A program made the position numbers and the translations under genes. From a virus, in the IMG/VR virus record IMGVR_UViG_3300028588_000016, positions 119,313 to 183,312 of that record: a stretch of DNA of 64,000 nt; one strand, 5' to 3'. Under the pieces are notes generated by a model. The model searched no databases. It saw nothing but the letters and a program-made list of their open reading frames with translations, and was not told the DNA's origin. This document shows positions 58,258 through 64,000 of the stretch, one piece after another. The stretch's first letter is position 1; each line of letters begins with the position of its first letter.

Positions 58258-60408
58258 AATCAAAGAAGAAATTAAAGAGAGTAAAACGGTATATACCTCT
58301 CAAATGCGTAAGAAAATCTTAGGATTATTCTTCTTGCCTTTCGGTTTAGGGTTTACAAACCTTACTAGCGATGGCTACCTCAAAGGTGACACAGGAAACA
58401 ATATGTTCTATTGTCAGTGTACCTTTAACGAAAGGAAATATGCACAACAAGTAATTGATGAACATCGTCAAAAATTAGCTGATGAAAGATCTCTCCGCGT
58501 TAGATACACGTCCGCCTAAGATAGCACGATTTGCTATAATTGATGACGAACGAGGTTTGTTATTAGGACAAGATTTAGGTAACGTATTTGAAAAAGGCAT
58601 TGTATATGAAGTTACTGAAATGATGGGTGAGTTTATTATCCGCAAAAAAGGTGAGTACGCATTACCTAAATCTGGAAGTGTTCCTTGTGAAGGTTCAGAA
58701 GCAAATGTACAAATTGGTTATGCATTGCACTTAATTACAAAGGATGAAGCTGAAAAACATATGGCTGGCTCTTAAGCAACAAGGACCTTTTAAGAGGTTC
58801 TTTCGTAACTTCTTTATTACTAGGAATGCTTGGGGAATGTTTTCTTATAAATCACATATTAGATTTAAAGATGGCTTTTGGTCAACAACGAAAGTGACTT
58901 ACAATACACTAGAATCAGCACAAAAAGCAGCTACCTCAATGGGAAAGAAGCATAATAAGCATTTCTCATCCTATAAATGTGTATTTTGTGATGGTTATCA
59001 TATCGGTAGAAATAAAGACAACAAATGACAACTCAAATAATAACAAGTTTTGTTGAACGTCTGGCTAAAATTGGTGTTAAGATAACACTGATAGGTAACT
59101 ATCCGTGGATTTACTTAGAAACAATTAACGGTGAACGTGTAAAGGAAAGGCTCGATGGTAATCATGGCTTTACTGTATTTTGGTCACCTATTAGACACGG
59201 ACAAGGCTATAGAGTTAACAACATTACAGAAACATTCAAATTAATAAGAAAATATGTTAAACATAGTTGACGGAACGCTCTTAACTAGAGTAACTGTCCA
59301 TAAAAGAACGGAATATAGCTGGTATAAACATGTAGTTTATCCAGAAGGTGTCACTTGGGGTAAACATGTTTTAGAACCTGGTTACTACAGACTTGACACT
59401 ATGGGTTGGTTGTTTGGTTTAATTAAGGAAAAGTATTACAATGGTGAAACTATTAAACAACTATTGGCGCAAGATAAAATAGTCGAAGATGGTAAAGTTT
59501 ATCATCAAGCTAGAGTTGTATATACTTTGAAAGACTCTACTAATTGTATTGTTGAGTACTTCAACAGTGATGCAGAAGCTATAATTAGAGCTTACGAAGT
59601 AGCTGATCGTTTTATTAAATCACAATTAATCATTAACGGGTAATGTGGAATCCAGAAGAACAAATCAATAAAGTTTTACCGGCATTCGAAAGAATGATGC
59701 TTAGACTTAATAAATTAGGTATTAAACACAGTCACACAGGTCTATCTTATATAGTAGCTATGAAAGTTGGAGCAAAGTCAAACGTTACTTTTTGGAAAGA
59801 TGAGAAACATATTTACGTATCTTGTCATTCTGTATTCCGCTTCTCTGGTATTGCTTCTATAACAAGAGACGTGAAAGGAGAGAAGAATCAAAGTGAAACT
59901 GTACCTATTACAGATGATGACTACATGAGTAAATTCATGGAGCCGATTATTAAAACTTTATTAGACAAAGCATGAAACCTGCAGAAATAAGAGCTGAGTT
60001 GAAGAAACACATTGTTTGGGGTAAACCCTCAACTTTAGCAGGTGGTCAACAAGTTGCCAAAGTCCAATCAGATGTTACTTTATCTAACAGTGAATTGGGA
60101 TTCTCAGTAACAGTGAGTATAAACCGTTCACAACTTAAGAACAAAGAACTTGCTTTGGAGTTATATAATGTAGCTGTAGAGAAGTTTATTAAAGGAGAAA
60201 TCTAATGAAAATCTATACAGTAAATACTGAATGGGATTTAGGTCTTAATGGTAGTGAAATTGGTGAAAACTACTTAGGTATTTATCTTAACGAAGAAGAT
60301 CGTGAAGCAGCTGTAAAGGACGCTTATATCGGTTTAATGGGAGATGAGGCTGAATACCATGAGATGGTGGCTGAGGGTTTGATTAACTATAACGAAATGG
60401 AAATATGA
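58241..60408 (+). other. Run of small hypothetical ORFs (58241-58519, 58482-58775, 58744-59028, 59025-59270, 59254-59643, 59643-59975, 59972-60205, 60205-60408)
   Basis: Co-oriented, overlapping. Confidence 0.6.
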
Positions 60409-60654
60409 TCTGGCATATGTTAATGGGCATTCTAATAGGTGCTATAATAGTAGTAGGTCTATTCCTATATTCGTTTAGAAACTTCAAATTGTTCTAATGA
60501 TCTTAATGATCTGTTGGATATTGTTAGCCTTAGTAATAGGGGCCTTTCTTGGTTTCATAGGATTAGCTCTAGCAATCGGTAAACCTTATTAATTAGATAA
60601 ACAGAAACCGACTGTAAACGGTGAACTAACAGAAGTTTAACTTAAAAACAATTA

Positions 60655-61047
60655 ATGAAGAAAACCTTGGTACTAACGTTGCTATTAATCTATGGATTAC
60701 TTAGCTTCGGACAAAACAAAGTCGTAAGTCAAAAAGAAGTTTATGATAAACTACTGCAGGCTGGTGTGCACAAACCATTGATTGTCTTAAAGCAAGGCAT
60801 TCACGAAAGTGCAAACTTCAAGAACAAGAGAGCTGTTCAACAGAACAACTATTTCGGTCTCTTAAAGAATGGTAGATTAAGATATTTCGACAGTATTGAA
60901 TCGTGTATAGAATTTTATAAGCGAGTTATACAGTGGAACTATCAAGGTGGCGACTACTACCAATTCCTGAAAAGGAAGAAATACGCAACAGATCCTAGGT
61001 ATAAGAAAAAGGTGATGAATACACCTATAGATTTTATAATAGAGTAG
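60655..61047 (+). CDS. Secreted glucosaminidase/FlgJ-like (GH73) peptidoglycan hydrolase
   Basis: Signal peptide; LKQGIHESANF...NNYFGL...YATDPRYKKK. Confidence 0.75.
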   Translation: MKKTLVLTLLLIYGLLSFGQNKVVSQKEVYDKLLQAGVHKPLIVLKQGIHESANFKNKRAVQQNNYFGLLKNGRLRYFDSIESCIEFYKRVIQWNYQGGDYYQFLKRKKYATDPRYKKKVMNTPIDFIIE

Positions 61048-61063
61048 CTTCGGCTACTCTATT
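61038..61063. terminator. Hairpin with TTCG tetraloop
   Basis: AATAGAGTAGC-TTCG-GCTACTCTATT. Confidence 0.7.
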
Positions 61064-61089
61064 GATTTATTAATCTATAACAATTAATA

Positions 61090-61596
61090 TTGGATCAATT
61101 AGACATCGACGAGCTCATTTATGAGTTCAAAAACAAACAAAGTTTAGTAAACGATTTAACCATAGCTCTAAAAGAAGAGCTTAGAGAAATTGTAACTAAT
61201 AAGGAGATTCCTTTAAAACAACGAAGTGTGTTATTCTTTCAGAGTGATTTAGGCGAAGAAGAAACGTATCTTAGACGTTCTAGTCTGTTAACTAGTTTCG
61301 TTAGAAATCAAGATAAAAGAACTTATGCTGATACAATTCAAGATGTTCTCTTTGATTGTAACCGTAGACACGAGGTAATTTATTTAAGTGATGAAATAGA
61401 CAGAATAGAGGAGGAATTAGAATCTTACGAAGAGTATTTAGATGCTCATGGAGAAGATGAAGGCTACGATCCTATTTATTTCGACATTGAAGCTTTTACA
61501 GACGAAAACGGTAAAACATTCGATAGAGAATCGTTCGATGCTTATGTAGAGGAAACTCTAACAGACTTCGTTAAATCTTATACATTTGACTGGTAA
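61090..61596 (+). CDS. Acidic hypothetical protein
   Basis: 168 aa ORF. Confidence 0.6.
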   Translation: MDQLDIDELIYEFKNKQSLVNDLTIALKEELREIVTNKEIPLKQRSVLFFQSDLGEEETYLRRSSLLTSFVRNQDKRTYADTIQDVLFDCNRRHEVIYLSDEIDRIEEELESYEEYLDAHGEDEGYDPIYFDIEAFTDENGKTFDRESFDAYVEETLTDFVKSYTFDW

Positions 61597-62012
61597 TGGC
61601 AAAAGCAAAAACAAAAGCGATTGATAAGTACAATCTGTTCTTGGACGATGTGAGACTACCTAACAGCTGTGTTAATTATTGTGAGAAAATAGGAATTGAT
61701 CCTGTTATCTTTATCAGTAACAGATGGTTAATATGTAGAGATTATCACGCTTTCGTAAACATGATCAACGATAAAGGTTTACCTAACATAGTTGCTTTTG
61801 ATCACGATTTAGCTGATATTAGTTACGATCCTAAAACAGGTAAAGAGTCTTTTACTTATCAAGAAAAGACAGGTATGGATTGCGCTAAATGGTTAGTCGA
61901 ATATTGTATCGAACGTAAATTAAAACTACCTACATATTATGTACACAGTGCTAATCCTGTAGGTAGAGAAAACATTAAATCTTATTTAGACAACTATGTC
62001 AAAAGTTTATAA
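61596..62012 (+). CDS. Cyclic-phosphate-processing receiver-domain protein
   Basis: LFLDDVRLP...ICRDY..F...I...GLP.IVAFDHDL...TGMDCAKWLV...YVHSANPVG. Confidence 0.78.
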   Translation: MAKAKTKAIDKYNLFLDDVRLPNSCVNYCEKIGIDPVIFISNRWLICRDYHAFVNMINDKGLPNIVAFDHDLADISYDPKTGKESFTYQEKTGMDCAKWLVEYCIERKLKLPTYYVHSANPVGRENIKSYLDNYVKSL

Positions 62013-62382
62013 ACTGCCGAGAGAGTTCGGTGAAAATTGGATCAAAGCTCTTCGTAGTGGCGAATATGGTCAAACTAGAACACAAATGCGTTCTACAGAA
62101 ACACCGGTAGCGTGTTATTGTTGTTTGGGTGTAGCTGCTAAAATCTTAGGTTTAGAGAATGAAGAAATGGATGAAGCTGTATGTTTGACTGACAATCCTA
62201 TATTCCTTACACGTTATCCAAACTTAGTAGCTGATCTTTTAATTAAGAGCGTTTCAGAAGAAGAAGGTGTTAAGCAGCTTGAAAGCAAGTTAATGAATTT
62301 AAACGATAACCGAAAGTTATCTTTCAGTCAAATAGCTGATTGGATTGAAGAAAACGTAGAGTTTTATGAACCGGCTAATTAG
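61996..62382 (+). CDS. Hypothetical protein (W..ALxSGEY.Q...CCLGV family, copy 2)
   Basis: Paralog of 56749-57120. Confidence 0.7.
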   Translation: MSKVYKLPREFGENWIKALRSGEYGQTRTQMRSTETPVACYCCLGVAAKILGLENEEMDEAVCLTDNPIFLTRYPNLVADLLIKSVSEEEGVKQLESKLMNLNDNRKLSFSQIADWIEENVEFYEPAN

Positions 62383-62893
62383 TCACGAAACAGCTAAACT
62401 AGCTAAAGAAGCTGGGTTTAACTATTTCTGTAGATTTGTCTGGAATAAGGATGGAACTACAGAAGAACTATCTTTCTATGGAGGTGACGGAAGTGGTGGT
62501 AAAGTATGCAACGGTATGTTACCTATTGTAAACAATACTGCTGATTGCGTTAGGCCTACGCAGACTGCTTTACATTCTTGGATACTTAAAAAACATATTG
62601 TAATAAGTGTATATAACAATGCATCTGGTTTTCTTTGGAACATGGCTTATCATCCAGGTGGTAGTGAGCTAATGGATTCAGATTATGCAGGACCTAACGA
62701 TAGCGGTTGTTGGGATACTTGGGAAGGTGCGTTAGAAAATGCTTTACAAGTAGCTCTAAAAGCTATAACTCTTAGAATATGCATTGCATTTAGAGATACT
62801 CTAGAAGTGATGGTAAAATCACAAACATTAATTGAACAAGATGAACTTAGAAGAACAAATACAAGCCGATCTGAAGACGGCAATGAAGGCTAA
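62366..62893 (+). CDS. Hypothetical protein
   Basis: 175 aa; ISHETAKLAKEAGF...RPTQTALHSW. Confidence 0.6.
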   Translation: MNRLISHETAKLAKEAGFNYFCRFVWNKDGTTEELSFYGGDGSGGKVCNGMLPIVNNTADCVRPTQTALHSWILKKHIVISVYNNASGFLWNMAYHPGGSELMDSDYAGPNDSGCWDTWEGALENALQVALKAITLRICIAFRDTLEVMVKSQTLIEQDELRRTNTSRSEDGNEG

Positions 62894-63284
62894 AGCTGCA
62901 TTAACTGTAGAAGCACTTCGTGAAATTAACTCAAGTTTTCAACTAGCTAAAACACAAAAGAATGCTAAAGAGTTTGATAATCAACGCGCTATCGACTGTA
63001 TTTCGAAGGTTGCTAAGACTTATTTGGAAATAAGCGAAACTGCTGATAAAGCAGGGAGAAGTGATGCTTCTGTAATAGCTAAAGCCCAACATTTATTAGT
63101 AACTACGTACTTACCTGCTGAAATAAGTGAAGAACACCTTACTGAAGTTGTTGATGCTATCATGGATTTACATGACACTAACAAGATGAGCGATGTTATT
63201 AAGTTAACCAAAGAAGCTGTAGCCGTTAAAGGTTTAACAGTTGATGGTAAACTATTAGCCGGTATTGTTAAAAGCAAAATCTAA
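62832..63284 (+). CDS. YqeY (GatB/YqeY-like) protein
   Basis: L.EQI..DLKTAMKAK....VEALR...YLPAEISEE.L...V...M..VIK......VDGKLL..IVK. Confidence 0.8.
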   Translation: MNKMNLEEQIQADLKTAMKAKAALTVEALREINSSFQLAKTQKNAKEFDNQRAIDCISKVAKTYLEISETADKAGRSDASVIAKAQHLLVTTYLPAEISEEHLTEVVDAIMDLHDTNKMSDVIKLTKEAVAVKGLTVDGKLLAGIVKSKI

Positions 63285-63286
63285 AC

Positions 63287-63670
63287 GTGTTGGAATTCGT
63301 TAAAATTAGAAAGACAGACACTCTTCCTTTTAAAGTATTAGAAGAAGAAATGACTGTCTATAAAATCGGTGAGTGGATTCACGATGGTGATATCTTCGAA
63401 AGTCGTTATATGAAGTTTCCTTATCTTGACGGAGGTGGTTACGCTACTGAAATTAAGACAAAGTTAATTAACGGTCGTACTATTAGTATTACAGAAGGTT
63501 TTCATGCTTACGTAGACAAAGAGCTTGCAGAGATGTTTGCTAATAAAGTTTATAAAGGTACTCATAAAACATTAGTAGAATTTCAGATACCTGCGGGTGC
63601 TCAAGTTCTATTTGATAGTATGGGTAAAACAGTAGTCACAAACAAAATAGAATTAAATAACAAACAATAA
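63287..63670 (+). CDS. Hypothetical phage protein (GFHAY motif)
   Basis: 127 aa ORF. Confidence 0.6.
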   Translation: MLEFVKIRKTDTLPFKVLEEEMTVYKIGEWIHDGDIFESRYMKFPYLDGGGYATEIKTKLINGRTISITEGFHAYVDKELAEMFANKVYKGTHKTLVEFQIPAGAQVLFDSMGKTVVTNKIELNNKQ

Positions 63671-64000
63671 ACAGATATGAGCTTAATTGCGTTAACTACA
63701 AACCTACACGTTGGTCTACTATACGGTAGAGACATTGGCGTAGTAACCACTCCTCTGACACGTGAACAGTTTATCAAAGAAGTTAACGTAAAAGAGTTGA
63801 GAGGTTTTTATCCTAAACCTGGATTCCATTTGGATATTGAAATGGGATATGTCACAGACTTCCTACATGAGTGGGGAGTAGATGCCAAAATCATTAGAGA
63901 TCTTAGATTAGTAAAAGAAGGGTTTCTTTGGACTGAAATTTACAGTGTGCTTTATTACATGGAGCCAGTGCCAAATGGAGTTTCAATGGAACACGCGTGT

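Noticed and set aside
1-64000. Stop-codon reassignment, as in some crAss-like phages
   Set aside because: TerL, portal, GroEL and the other long genes are uninterrupted in code 11, gene packing is tight, and I found no CTA/TCA/TTA suppressor tRNA.
1-64000. CRISPR array or Cas operon
   Set aside because: I saw no regularly spaced direct repeats. The PD-(D/E)XK gene is a stand-alone phage nuclease without Cas context.

Overview
This is a 64 kb AT-rich segment of a lytic phage genome, most likely Crassvirales-like and infecting Bacteroidota. The evidence is the crAss-type terminase-large-subunit/portal block and Bacteroidota sigma-A -7 boxes (TAnnTTTG). Two arms diverge at about 23.5-23.7 kb. 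The left arm (minus strand) carries a beta-helix tailspike running off the window, portal, TerL, an aspartyl-protease-like gene, GroES/GroEL, a PD-(D/E)XK nuclease, 17 tRNAs interspersed with small ORFs, and lysis candidates. One plus-strand cargo/toxin-like gene with its own promoter and terminator sits inside this arm. The right arm (plus strand) is a dense array of small accessory ORFs: MazG-like, NUDIX-like, vWA, PurA-like, YqhA, HNH, AAA, SpoT-type HD, NADAR/30.3, GH73, cyclic-phosphate receiver and YqeY. It is unusually rich in non-coding RNA: a complete tmRNA (tag (A)GTPVYRMAA), four more tRNAs, two intact tRNA bodies with expanded 16- and 19-nt anticodon loops, a 45-nt acceptor+T-arm tRNA mimic, a ~750-nt structured RNA bracketed by two homologous hairpins, and several 100-200-nt stem-closed domains. 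The best candidates for an undescribed system are this tRNA-mimic/structured-RNA set and the NUDIX-like/coiled-coil/vWA/PurA-like nucleotide-modification module. I found no CRISPR array and no sign of stop-codon recoding. All family assignments are by eye from motifs; no searches were run.
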